DNA of 63,868 nucleotides, counting the filler, from Welwitschia mirabilis (Eukaryota), in NCBI GenBank assembly GCA_051453625.1. It is 6 parts of one record of this genome, joined end to end, with 100 filler letters (N's around TTAATTAATTAA, not from the genome) between each part and the next. Parts side by side here need not be neighbours in the genome. Positions count along the whole stretch, not along the records: positions 14,704 to 29,807 come from JBOZIK010000001.1; positions 29,908 to 52,453 come from JBOZIK010000001.1; 4 more parts are not named here. One strand, written 5' to 3'. Within the stretch, counting starts at the first letter, position 1, and every line of letters starts with the position of its first letter. The position numbers and the translations under genes are program-made. Below are positions 24,509 to 36,372 of the stretch, piece by piece. The notes below the pieces were generated by a model. It did not search any database and had not been told where the DNA came from. It was given only the letters and a program-made list of their open reading frames with translations.

Positions 24509-27500
24509 TGTTGTAGTGCATATTTATGAAATCATTTATGTTCTGAGTAGAATCGTATTAGTTATAAATAATAATGCCCAAACACAACACGCTAATATAG
24601 ATAGGAGTGACCAAATGCCATAATCCATCAAAGGCTGATGTATGAAAATAAGAGAGTTGCCTTCAAAAGAGAAATACTATAACATAACCTATAGAAATAA
24701 CTTGTAATGCATGAAAATGAAATGAAACACACTTGTGCAAAGCTTATATAAAAAAAGGAAATAACACTGCACTTTAAACCTAAACTAACCAAGCACAACC
24801 TTGATAAAGGTTGCTCTCATAACCTATATCACAAGAGAAACTGTCACTAGATCTCAAGCAACATAAGCTATGAGGGAGAAGATCATTCATACTTTAAAAA
24901 CAATCCAATATTTTAACATCATTAAAAACAACACAAGAAATCAAGAAATATTCCTTCAAATGAAGTCCATAGATATGCAAATATCTTAAGATTAAATGAA
25001 TCCAATCTTATCACCTATAAATGCCCAAGTATAAAAATGATCATGAAACTTCATAAAGTAATACATAAGTCAAGTTTAAAAGATGATAAAATAATATATT
25101 AATATTTAACCAAAGGAGTAGGCTAAGAAAGAACTTAGACAATGGTAGAAAAGAAGTCCTCCTCACTAAGGAAAACTTCCAAAACAAGTACTTCTACCAT
25201 GTTCATGATTATATTTAAAGATCATTTATATAATTTCGACTGTTTCCTATTAATCTTCTAGATCTCTTTAGTTTTTAAATCTAAATTTTAACTAAGCCAT
25301 TAAAATGCACTTTCTTTACAAGATAAGAACCTAATCATTTAGATGTTAACTTGTTATTCAAAAGGTAAATTATAGTGTTATATAATAAGATAAGTTGATC
25401 AAGTTCAAACTTTTTATGAAAAATCCTTTTAACATGTTTGAACTTTGCTTGGGCTTTATGGATTAATTGATGATATATGGAACTAGTTTTTTTTCATCAA
25501 GATGATCTAACTAGGCTAATCTATATCTAAGATTTTCATCAAAATCCACAAAATTAAGTTAATAAGATGCATGATAATAATTATAACATACATTAATTGA
25601 TCAAGTATAAACTTTACTATAAATAAGTTCCTAAGGTGAAAAACTAAGAGAAATATGTCAAGTAGTATGGTAAGCATAATGTACATCATTAAGCTTAAAA
25701 TCCCAAGACTTTTTATTAATAAAGATAAGTTTTTGGAGCATTTTCTTTATTTCACTATGAGTATTTTCAGCTTGTTCATTAGTCTAAAGATGATAAGCAC
25801 AAGCTACTCTATGTTTTGTTAGTTTTTTAAAAAGTTTATTAATGAAATAAGTATCTTGATCACTAATAATAACTCTGGGAAAATGAAATCTCTAAAAGAT
25901 ATGCATTCTAAGAAAATGGTAGATAGTTGAGCATCATTCAAAGAATTAGGTATGGCTCTAATTCATTTAGTTACATAACCAAAAACTACTAAAATGTAAT
26001 TTTATTAAAAGAAGATGGATGAATAGGACCTATGAAATAAATACCCTAACAACCGAAAGGCTCACACTCAAGAATAGAACTAGGGGGAATTTCCTGTAAA
26101 TGAACAAGGCTACTGTAATGCTAACAAGGATCACACATTCTAATAAAATTAAACGGATCATGACAAAAAAGACCAATAAAAACCAAAATGAAAGATTTTT
26201 ATGGTAGTTTTATGTCCACTAAAATGTCCTCCATAAACACCACCATGATAAAGATGATAAATCTTAGGTACTTCCTAATTAGGCATACATTTTCTTATGA
26301 TTTAGTATTTTCACCCATGATACAGATGTTGCTAAATCCACTTATATTCACTAATCTGATGGAGAAAAGATTTACATTGATTATAGGTCCAATGTTATGG
26401 TTTTTCATACTTACAAGATAATTCACAATGTCTACATATCATGAAGGAGGATAACAACAAGAGATAGTGAAAAGCTATTCATCAATAAAAGAATTATCAA
26501 TGGTAATATCATCTAGAGAAGAAGGAATCCAAGACAATTGAATGACAATAGAATTATGCTTCCATGCTTTATCTATAATGGTTAAGTTAAACTCTTACAT
26601 AAAAAAGATAAATCTAATCAAATAGGAACTAGAATCTTTCTTGGTCATGAGGTAATGAATGGCAACATGGTTAGTGTAAGCATTCATGTAAAAGCCTACA
26701 ATATAATGTTTAAGAGAATCAAGGCAAAAGATAATAGCTAGCATCTCTTTCTCTATAGTGGTATAGTTTATTTGAGATTTAGACAAAGATTTTCTATGCT
26801 AAGATATAAATTTAAAATCATTCTCATATTTCTGATAAAGAATCCCAACCATAGCAAAGTTACTCGCATCAAACATAAGCTCAAAATCAAGTGCCCAATT
26901 AGGTCCTTTCACTATAAGAGCGTAAGACAATTTATGTTTAAGCCTATCAAAAGCAAGTTAATAATATTAATTCTATTCAAATTTAATGTCTCTCTCTAGT
27001 AATGAGTAAAGGAGTTTACAAACAGAAGCATAATCATAAATGAACTAATGTTAAAATTCACAATGGTCAAAAAAAGATTAGGCTCCTTTTATATTTGTAA
27101 GGGGACTAAGATTTTGAATAATACCAACTTTAAAAGCATTCATTCTAATCCCCTCTCTAGAAATATGATAATCTAAAATAATACCACTCTCTACAAGAAA
27201 ATTACTAGTTTCCCAACTCAAGAGGAATCCACTAGAAATGCATCAATCTAAAACTTTTTCTAAATGATTTAAAAATTGTTTAAAAGTTTTAGTATAAATA
27301 GAGAAATCATCCATAAAAATTTCAATGGAATTCTAAAGCATATCAAGAACGATAGCCATCATAGCATGTTGAAAAGTACTAAGAGCATTAAAAAGTCTGA
27401 AAAGTATGTGTTTAAAAGTAAAGGTACCAAAAGAAGAAGTAAAACTAATTTTATCTTAGTCCTCAGTGGCAATGCAAACTTGATTATAACCATTATAACT

Positions 27501-29219
27501 ATCAAGGAAATAATAAAAAGAATAACCCTAAATCCTATAGAGAATCTGATCAAGAAAGTGAAAAGGACAGTGGTCTTTTTTAGTTACTTGATTTAATTTT
27601 TAGAAGTTTATGCACATATACCATTTTCCACCCTTTTTATGTATTATCATCAAGGGGCTAATCCACTCACTATTAGCAATGAAGTAAATAGTTATAGCAG
27701 GTATAATTTTTATGTTTTTATCTCTTTTAAAATTTACTTAAGAGCTCAATTGAATCTATATTAGGATTGTCTCATAGGTTTAACATTTTCTTTAAGGTAT
27801 ATTTTATGTTACACAATGGAAGTGAATATGGCTATTAAATTATTATAGAATCAAGCAAATGCATGAACTTAGATTCTAAAAAAGAGATAAGACTAGATTC
27901 TTATTGAGGAAAAAGGTTTTTATTAATAATCAATGGTTTGTTCAAATCTCTATTCAAAAAAATGTATTTTAATCCACTATCTAAGGGTTTCAAGTTTAGG
28001 TTTAGATTCAAACTTTTGGTTTTAAAAAAATTCTCAAAAAAAGTCTGACTGTCATCTTAGATTGTCATCCGGTCATTAGTAGTAAAAGACTACCCTCAAA
28101 ACAAAAAATCTCAGAGTTGCTAATTTTTCAGACTTTTGCACAGTTTACATACTTAGGCTCACTACTCCCCAAAGCAGAAAACTCAGTTAGTAATGTTCAA
28201 ACTTATGTTGATCTTAAGCAGATAAAGATAGTATACTTCTAATTTATCATCAAATAAGATTATCTTATGAACATGGACCATCTTTCCCTAAGTAAATGGT
28301 GCTGTAAAAATAGTATTGGCTTAATTTATTTCTCTAAACTCAAATCATTGCCTAATGTTTTTTGACCATATCAAACACTCTTATTAAAAATTGTTTATTT
28401 CCAAAATAGCACTTCATCAATTCGGTTCTTGTATCTATGATATAGTGGAGTATTATACAGAAAGCTCTACATAAAAGTAAAGGATATCCACCATGGTGCT
28501 TAACTTCTAAAATAAAAACATCGATGGAGTAGAAGAATTCCTCTATCTAAATGACTAGGTCCTTGATTGCACCTAATGATTTCTTCACATATGTATTGGC
28601 TAATTCCAAGATAATACATGTGGGTTCTACTTTTTCTTCTAAATTAAGACATTAACAAATGTATAAGAGCATAATGTTGAAACTAACTCCAATATCTATC
28701 AAGACTTTCTTTATTTTATGATGTCCTTTTATAGTGACACTTATAGTATCTGCCTTGAATCTTTAAACTTTAGAAATTTTTAACATATCAAGTTGCTAAT
28801 GGATTGAGCTAAGAATTCTTTACTAGGAATGGTTCATCTTTGTTTTCTTTTTATTAAGGCTTTTTATAGCTTATAATATTTTGGATTTTCTTGCAAAAAC
28901 TTTCAAAAAGGTAAGTAGATGCTCACATTTTTCATTAAAGACTTTAAATAATTATCAAAGACAGAATTTATTTTAAGCCTTTTCAAGCCATGATGTATTA
29001 GGTTTCTTTTGTGAAGGATCTTTCTTTTTGTTGCTATGTGAGGAAGGAAAATAATGGTTTTCTATGATTTTTATGTTCTCTTCCTTATCATTCTTGTCAT
29101 CTATAAAGTTAAAGCCTTATGAATAGGAGGAATTATGTTACTTCCACTTCTTATCACCACCTTATAATTTTTTCTTACTTCGTTAGGGTTTGGTATAAGT
29201 TAAGTGGCAAAAGACCCTT
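24509..29219 (-). mobile_element. Athila-like element B (gag end, PR, RT, RH, INT, partial 3' LTR), degenerate
   Basis: Minus strand: protease VLIDIGVSFN (~28677-28706), RT EIFMDDFSI (~27298-27324), RNase H ORF 26595-26786 (NYTTIEKEMLAIIFCLD), integrase ~25600-26300, and LTR end CACTACAACA at 24509. Confidence 0.88.
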
Positions 29220-29807
29220 TGTTGTGACGCCAACTTAAGTGTATTTGATAGGGTATTTTGAGTTGTTTTGCAGATAAACTAAAAGATAAATGCCTAGTTC
29301 CTATGACAATTGAGAATCTAGGAACACAAGACGACAACATGTATTTTATCAGATAATTCATGAAGATTTTCTATAAATATAGATAAATTATATTTTCGGA
29401 TGATTATTCCTGCAAACAACTAGATATCACACTAACAAAGGATATATAGAAGACTGTCGTCCCCTATGTTGTCCAGACGATAGTAAAGATGACAACCCTA
29501 ATTTGACATATAACAAACTTAATTCTAGATGACTTGCAGATTGAAGTGAACATCTTCTTGTTAGAGTCCATCGTCCATCTTATCATGTAGATGACACTAG
29601 TGGATAACATCTCCAATATTAGTCGATAACAGTTTGCATGAAGATCATAGATAGTTAAACTGAAAGTAAACTAGATAACTCATTGTAAAATCCTATCATT
29701 TCCTCCATCATTTGGATGACCACCTGGACGACACTATCTTCTTACACTTTCATAAATTGTATTCCTGAGTTGTCGCTTATTAATTGCGACTTTTCCTTTT
29801 ATGATAG
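29220..29807 (+). repeat. 5' part of another Athila-like LTR inserted into gag of element B
   Basis: Starts TGTTGTGACGCCAA (cf. 16273), carries the family GTCGTC palindromic motifs, ends at a gap. Confidence 0.75.
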
Positions 29808-29907
29808 NNNNNNNNNNNNNNNNNNNNNNNNNNNNNNNNNNNNNNNNNNNNTTAATTAATTAANNNNNNNNNNNNNNNNNNNNNNNNNNNNNNNNNNNNN
29901 NNNNNNN

Positions 29908-30645
29908 TTCTTTGAAACATTGTCATGACAACTACATCTTTTAAGATGTGTTGAATTTGAAATGAATAGAATCATTTTTATTAATGATGTTATAACAAAA
30001 TCTAAAACTAAATACCAAAAAGAAAAAAATAAAAATCCACCATTCCTTCAAATAATATATAGAAATATTTGATGCAAAATGTTGTCTACTCAAAAATTAA
30101 TGTTTCAAATATTCTTCTCTCATTTTATTTATTTCATAGAGTAAAGAAACCTCATCTCATGTAATTCATCTATCATAAAATCATAGGCATAGAATCATAT
30201 GAAATCATACTTTAATCCAAGTAGTACATAACCTAGATTAATGAAGAGCCTAAGCACCTACATATAAATAATAATAATTAAAAAAGAATATCATGGATTA
30301 ATTTGTTGTAATAGATGTTTAAAAACTTTAATCTAATTATAATTCCAATATCCAATAAGCATACATCAATTTTTTAAAATTTATTTAAGCACTGAAAAAC
30401 CAAGAAATGACATAAGAAAAAAGATAAAATCGAAGAAGAGTGATGAAAGTCTAGCTAGCTATTATAATTTTTGGGTTTTTCCTACAGAAGACTATTTTTG
30501 AGAAGAAGCACTTGAGCATCATACCATTAATACATTTAGTAATTCATTTAGCCAAAAGAGAAATAACTTGATTATAATAGTTAATAATGTCAAGCCCTTC
30601 ATCTTTCTGACAAGTGTGAAAACACCCCAAGAAACTTGTGAGGCT
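29908..30645. repeat. Unclassified ~740-bp direct repeat, copy 1 (copy 2 at ~37050-37780)
   Basis: Long collinear matches, e.g. AGAAATATTTGATGCAAAATGTTGTCTACTCAAAAA and CATAGAGTAAAGAAACCTCATCTCATGTAATTCAT in both copies. Confidence 0.9.
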
Positions 30646-31049
30646 TGCGTTTCTATTTGTAATCTTTAAACTTTCGAATGTTACTTTTATTAACAAAGGA
30701 TTAAATCTTCATTATTCCCCTCTATCAAATGCATTAATTTAAAAAATTACTATCCATATTATTTATAGAATAATTAAACTCTGTAACATCCATTTCAAGA
30801 ATTTATAACTTGCTTTAATAATGGCTCTTTTTAAGGTGGTCCTCTCCTCCATGAAACTTTAATTGTTCCATCTTTACCGTTATTGAGAAAGGAGTGGTTG
30901 GTAGCTTAAATCTCATCACGAGCACTAATCATAAAATTTTCATTAAATTTTTTCCTCTCCTCTTATAGACTAACTTTATAACATTAATTAATTATAAAGA
31001 GGGCTAAATTATCTCCTATTAAGTTATTGAATCTGGAATAATATAGATA

Positions 31050-31828
31050 AGATAACAAATTTATATTAATGTATCTCAAACATTCAATTCATATTAAAAG
31101 GGTTTTATTTAGTTGTTTCCAAGAGTTGCACTCTTTTCCTTTTCTTTTTTTCCCCTCTTTCCATTTAAGAAATGGTTTTCTTATACTCATGTCTTTAGTA
31201 TCATGTGGTAGTATATGCCTTATTTATCTCATACTAATGAAATTGAGCCCTACCATGTTTTGAACTTAAAGTAAAACGAAGTAAAAGCTTATGAAGTAAA
31301 AGCAAGCATTCACCTTAGACATTACCTATTACCTATTACCTGTATTGGGGTATATTGAGATGAAGTAAAAGCTTATGAAGTTGAGCCCTACCATGTTTTG
31401 AACTTAAATTAGAATGAACTCATGTCTAGAGGATGGTCAGATGTCAAGTTGGAATGCCATTAATTGAAATTATAACCTTCTATTATATGGGCTAGGTTAT
31501 TATTAAAACTTATCTATGTATCTTGACAACATGTTTACATCTCCTTAATTAATCTTAATATATCTTTTATGTAATAAAAGACTAGAAGAAATGGAGGATA
31601 CAAACTTATGACATTGCTATTATTTGCAAATCAAAATAACCTCGAAATGGATTATAGGTAAATGTATAATATGAATATGTTTTGTCTTTATTAGAATATA
31701 GAAATTCTAATAAAGAAGTAAGTAGGATTTGATCCCATATTTTGTTCTATCTATCAGGTAAAAATATTAAAGAGGAAAGGAAGTGAAAAAAAGTGCTTAA
31801 TTAAGATAAGAGAAAAGAGGATGTCATA
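31050..31828 (+). repeat. 3' fragment of a Tekay/Del-like LTR in the opposite orientation
   Basis: Reverse complement of ~20814-21600 / 5383-6300. Ends GAGGATGTCATA. Contains local duplications at 31241-31410. Confidence 0.75.
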
Positions 31829-31829
31829 C

Positions 31830-33010
31830 ATTGACTATGATTAGATCTATGTTCTTGTGATACATGTTAAACCTATTAATGTTTTTCTTTCTTATGCTTT
31901 TAAAATCCAAATAATACTTTGAAAAATGGATGTTAAGTTTACATTTTTGAATGGCATTCTTGAAGAGGTACATACATCCTAACTAGAAGGCTTCATTCAT
32001 CTAGGTAAGGAGAATCATGTTTTATTACTTAACAAGGCATTTTGTAGAATAAATAGGCTCCTAGAGCGTAGTTTTCTTATTTAGACTCTTATTTGCAAAA
32101 TCATTATTATAATATGTCTTCTATTGAAAACACTTTATATAAAGAACCCTCTAATTCTAAATTAGTTTTTATATTTATTTATGTCAATGACATTATTTTT
32201 GAAGGAATAGGTAAAAATCTTATTAACAGATTCCAAAATAAGATAATGTGAGAATTTGAAATAACAAACTTGAGACAACTCTTATATTACCTTGGAATCC
32301 AAATCCATAAACTTCCTAATGGTATTTTCCTAAATCAATGTAAATATGCTCTTGATATGCTTAAAAAATTTAGAATGCATGAATCTGATCTTGTCCAATT
32401 TTAACTCCTCTTACTGGTAATATCAAACTTCATAAAAACATGAAAAGTGATTAGGTTGATGAGCATACTTACCATTTCATGATTAGAAGTCTTATGTATT
32501 TGATAGCAACAAGACATGAAATTCAATTTATAATTAATCTTGTTTTTAGATTTGTGGATTCACCTAAGAAACCACAACTTGATTCTATTAAATACATTTT
32601 AAGATATGTAAATGATGCACCAAATTATGGCTTATTTTATGAATCTAATGATAATCTATAATTTGTTAATCATGTTGATGTATATTGGATTAGTAGTCTT
32701 GATGCGAAAAAGAACACCACTAGGCTTGAAATGCTTTTTAATGGTAGTCTTTTCTCTTGAGTAAGAAACATTCCTATATTGTATTATCTACTATCAAGGC
32801 TAAATATAAGGCTATTTATTTAGCAAGTCAACAATTGGTATTTCTTTAAAAAAATATTCTTGAATTTTATGATTCTTTCTAATAAACCTATTTATTTTTT
32901 ATGTAATAGTTCTTCAACAATTGTAATATCTAAAAATCCTATAATACATGTAAGAACTAAATATATTGATATCAAGTTTCATTACATTTTAAATCTTGTT
33001 GGAGAAGGGC
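31830..33010 (+). pseudogene. Ty1/copia RT-RNase H remnant
   Basis: MDVKFTFLNGILEEV (~31925), YVNDII (~32180), LLYYLGIQI, MIRSLMYLIATRHEI..ILRYV, SKNPIIHVRTKYIDIKFHYI. Confidence 0.9.
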
Positions 33011-33924
33011 TTCAAATTCTTGAAAACTTGATGCTCCTTAAATTTTTCAATAGTAATAACTTGTAGTATAACCTTAAACCCACTTTAGATTTTGAAAATG
33101 AGTTTGCAAAATAATTCAAATTTTTAAGTCTCAAATAATGTAGTAAAATAGCAATTCATACAATCATATTATCAAACATGATGGAAAAAATTTGCAAAGT
33201 CATAACCACATGAATATGTACAAATAAAACTAAATTTGGAATTAAATATATGATGCACCTAACTTTGTCAAGAATTTAATGATTTCTTGGACTTACTATG
33301 ATATCCTCAATGCCTTCTTATTGCTGCTATGTTTGTTTAAATATCAAGATAAAGCTACTTATGTCATTATTCTTGTTATTTTCAAGGATGTTAGAAAGGA
33401 CTTATATAGATTAAGAAATAATCCTATTAATAACAAGCTCCAAGAAGTATGGCTTGGATAAGATCAATGCCTTATCATAAAAATTTGGCCTCATTTTAAT
33501 ATAGCAAAGGATAGAACTAAACATGATACATACTAGGCATTATTTACTCTCAAGATTAATATATGACATTGTCCAACCAATATTAATTAATTGACTTAAT
33601 GCACTCTAATCTTTGTAACAAACAACTCCTCTTTTCTTTGTAAATGTAAGGCTAAAAATGCCTTGTGCTTTCTATAGCAATCATACTAGAAATCCCCTTT
33701 TTTTTTTCCAGTAAGTATACTCCAGTGAAAAGGATATTAATCCTGCTCTTATTGAAGCTTTCCTCTAATATCATTTCTCATTACCAATTTTAACACAAGG
33801 CATTTTCCAAAGACCACAATTCAATCTTCCCATAATGTTGCAATCCAACAAAGAAGTATTCCTAAGAATTATAACTCTATTTAGCAAAAATTCCATGCTA
33901 ATCATTGATGTCTTTACTCTATTC

Positions 33925-34130
33925 ACAAGGGCCCTTCAAGCAGATACGCATAAGAATCTATTACATGAGATTGCATTTCAATGTCATTCTTGATTTGGGC
34001 TTCAGAGTTACACATTTCTTCTCTGTTTCTACATAGCATGGTGCATGGGAAAAGCTTAGAAACTCGAGGAAAACCTAGTCCTCCTTTGGTAGATCCATGT
34101 GCATAAGGAAACCCATCATGTTGAACTTCT
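33925..34130 (-). pseudogene. Possible hAT-type transposase C-terminal (dimerisation domain) remnant
   Basis: Minus-strand LKPKSRMTL....**ILMRICLKGP resembles the K---RN-L----L--LMRI--EGP ending. Short and degenerate. Confidence 0.25.
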
Positions 34131-34647
34131 TTTATTTACATCTATCAAAGTCTAGGATTTAATAGAAGTTTGAAGCCTTCTGAAATATGATGAGAAAACA
34201 ATCAATCCTACAAAAGAAATCAACCCTCAAGTCTTTGTAACTAGACTCTAATTACATGAATTTGTAGATGGAAGAGGGACATTTACGGTGAATGTTATTA
34301 TGTGACGTAGAGCGATGTAACCCCCCTTATAGTTTTCTTTTTATATTTTGCTATATCTTATATTTCCTTATTTTTAGTCCCACATTGTCTACGAATTTCT
34401 ATTGAAAGGACTTATGTCCTATAAATAAATGGATTTTATACTAATTTAGGGGGAATAAAAATAAAGAATTATGTTTTTATATTTGAAGGCTAATTGACTT
34501 TGAAGTGTCTATTGAATCATAGATCACTGAATGAGGCAACAGAGAAATAGATAAAATCCCATAGATTGCCAAATGAGGCAATGGGCTTCATAGATTGCCG
34601 AATGAGGTAGTGAAGTAAAACTTTGAACACTTTCACACTGCTTCAGG

Positions 34648-34659
34648 TGGTATCAGAGC
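34648..34659 (+). promoter_or_regulatory. Primer-binding site, tRNA-iMet
   Basis: Exact TGGTATCAGAGC, 2 bp after CA. Confidence 0.92.
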
Positions 34660-34662
34660 CTA

Positions 34663-34869
34663 ATGATGACTAGAAGTGATGACGGTAGTCTCCATGATGA
34701 TGGTCAGGAGGCTGGAGCCCCGATCCTTAGGGACAAAGCATTGCAACAATTAGAGCAACGTTTACAAGGATGTCTAGATCAAGAAACCGACTGCAGATTC
34801 CATCGCTTCAAGGAGCAGTTTGATGAGAGTGCAGAACGGTTATATGCTCTCGATGTCGATGTGGACTAG
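34663..34869 (+). pseudogene. Probable gag N-terminus (68-aa ORF, premature stop)
   Basis: The ORF starts immediately after the PBS and looks coiled-coil-like (LQQLEQRLQ). Identity is inferred from position only. Confidence 0.55.
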
Positions 34870-35099
34870 AACTAAATAAACAATAGAAGGCTAAGAGTTG
34901 ATGTTGCTCATAGTGACCCTATTTATAGGCCTATTCCTGTCTGCAGGTAGAACTTTATGCATCTGATCAATTGATGTACCTTGACCCTGAGCCCAACTTN
35001 NNNNNNNNNNNNNNNNNNNNNNNNNNNNNNNNNNNNNNNNNNNNNNNNNNNNNNNNNNNNNNNNNNNNNNNNNNNNNNNNNNNNNNNNNNNNNNNNNNN

Positions 35100-35194
35100 A
35101 GGATAGTCGTCGGATGGCCAAGCGCAATACTCGCGTTAGTAATGAAGCGGCCGATGTAGCCTGTCGCTCCGATTATGAGGATCCTGCTCGCCAT
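35100..35194 (-). CDS. N-terminal exon fragment of an isoflavone reductase-like (IFR/PCBER/PLR family, NmrA-like SDR) NADPH-dependent reductase; truncated by an assembly gap
   Basis: MASRILIIGATGYIGRFITNASIALGHPTTI contains the Rossmann GxxGxxG motif and the family-typical AS..LGHPT. GC/CpG-rich, no stops. Too short to assign a subfamily. Confidence 0.88.
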
Positions 35195-35480
35195 TTTAAC
35201 TCCCCTCAGTTTGGATTTGCAGACGTAATTGTAATTCCAAACTCACACGAAACGCAGCTCCAATCGAAGAGGAAGAGGCACAATTCTTGGAGCGAGACTG
35301 AGGCACAATTCTTGGAGCGAGACTGAGGGTGTTTCTATAGGTAGGGATAGGAGGCCCAGGGTGTCCTCTTTCCTTCCTAACAAGGAAAGCCGTTGGGATG
35401 AGCGTCTATTTTTAAGTCGGGGGTTACGAATGATATTTTCAAATCGGATACGTCATCCTTCTTTTCCTTCCCCGTAATAA
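35195..35480 (-). promoter_or_regulatory. 5' UTR / proximal promoter of the reductase gene
   Basis: CpG-retaining sequence. On the minus strand, CCTACC (AC-element/MYB-type, ~35340-35345) abuts a TATA-like CTATAGAAA (~35332-35340), followed by a pyrimidine-rich leader. Confidence 0.5.
35275..35324. repeat. Perfect 25-bp tandem duplication (GAGGCACAATTCTTGGAGCGAGACT)x2
   Basis: Directly visible. Confidence 0.95.
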
Positions 35481-35495
35481 AAGTCATTATGTTCT

Positions 35496-35964
35496 TGTTT
35501 AGATTCTTGGTATTTTTAGCATCTCTTGTTAGGATTGTGTTTGTACAGAATATTGTGTTTTTAGTAAACATGAACAAATATGATGATTAAATATGTTTCA
35601 CTATTTAGTTAAGATATAATTATTCAATCATGTGAAATAGACATTATTATAAAGTAACCAAAAAATGCAAAGGTAAGGATAAATAGTTGAAATATATTGT
35701 ATATATATTGCAATATCCATTTTTCTCATGTTTCTGTAATTAGATTCAAATATATTAATGATGATATATAATTATGAACTATATCCTAAAAATCATTATA
35801 GAATGACTGTATCTTATCATGGTTATGAATGTTTACTACTTTGTGGTAATTTCTATTATATGAAATATCATTAAGAGAAATCCTCTTAGGATTATGTGCT
35901 TTCACAAAATAATCATTATAAGAAAATTAGTTTTTGGTTTTAGCTCTTAAACAATGGTATCAGA
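35496..35964 (+). mobile_element. Probable ~460-bp LTR plus PBS-Met remnant
   Basis: TGTTTA (35496) ... TAAACA (35953) inverted ends, then A + TGGTATCAGA (35955-35964). Coincides with the edge of the CpG island. Confidence 0.5.
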
Positions 35965-36282
35965 TTTCATTTTATATTGTAAGATCATAGTTGGTTGCTA
36001 CCTCATTTAGAAAATAAAGTATTTAATTACCTCCATTATCTTTATTAGATTAAAGAACTAAAAATAATTTAATAAGAAAAAAACTTCAATTTCACTATTA
36101 TTTGAGCTCACTTGATTTTCAAGTATATTGCTAGATTATTTAGACACATTTCTAAGAATTTGTAGTTTTAGAAAAGAACATTTACACTACATTTACATTT
36201 AGGAAATCCTTTTAATTTGCTTTTATTTCTTTAATCTATAGTCATTTGTAAGGCACAAGTGATATTTTGTGTAAAGTTATGT

Positions 36283-36372
36283 CCCCTTCTCTTCCTTGCT
36301 TCCTCTCCCTCTCCTCCCCCCCCTTCCCCCCCCCCCCCCCCCCCTCCCCCCCCCCCCCCCCCCCCTCCTTTT
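36283..36372. repeat. Polypyrimidine / poly-C tract
   Basis: About 90 bp almost entirely C/T, with two long C homopolymer runs. Confidence 0.9.

Larger units (their letters stand above)
34188..34999 (+). mobile_element. 5' end of a comparatively young LTR retrotransposon (short LTR, PBS-Met, gag start), possibly CRM-like
   Basis: LTR end CTTCA (34645), perfect PBS, an ATG 3 bp later, and CpGs retained. LTR start is uncertain: TGATG 34188, TGAAGC 34171 or TGTAAC 34316. Confidence 0.7.

Noticed and set aside
29455..29735. Repeat-spacer pattern resembling a CRISPR array
   Set aside because: The repeats are degenerate, lie inside plant LTRs, have ~80-bp spacers and no cas genes. Reported as an LTR motif instead.
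34967..34999. C-terminal KLGSGSRYIN of the 75-aa reductase ORF
   Set aside because: It lies across a 100-N gap and belongs to the antisense retroelement. The frame join is arbitrary.
35114..35326. 70-aa + strand ORF overlapping the reductase start
   Set aside because: A shadow ORF from locally high GC, with no recognisable motif.
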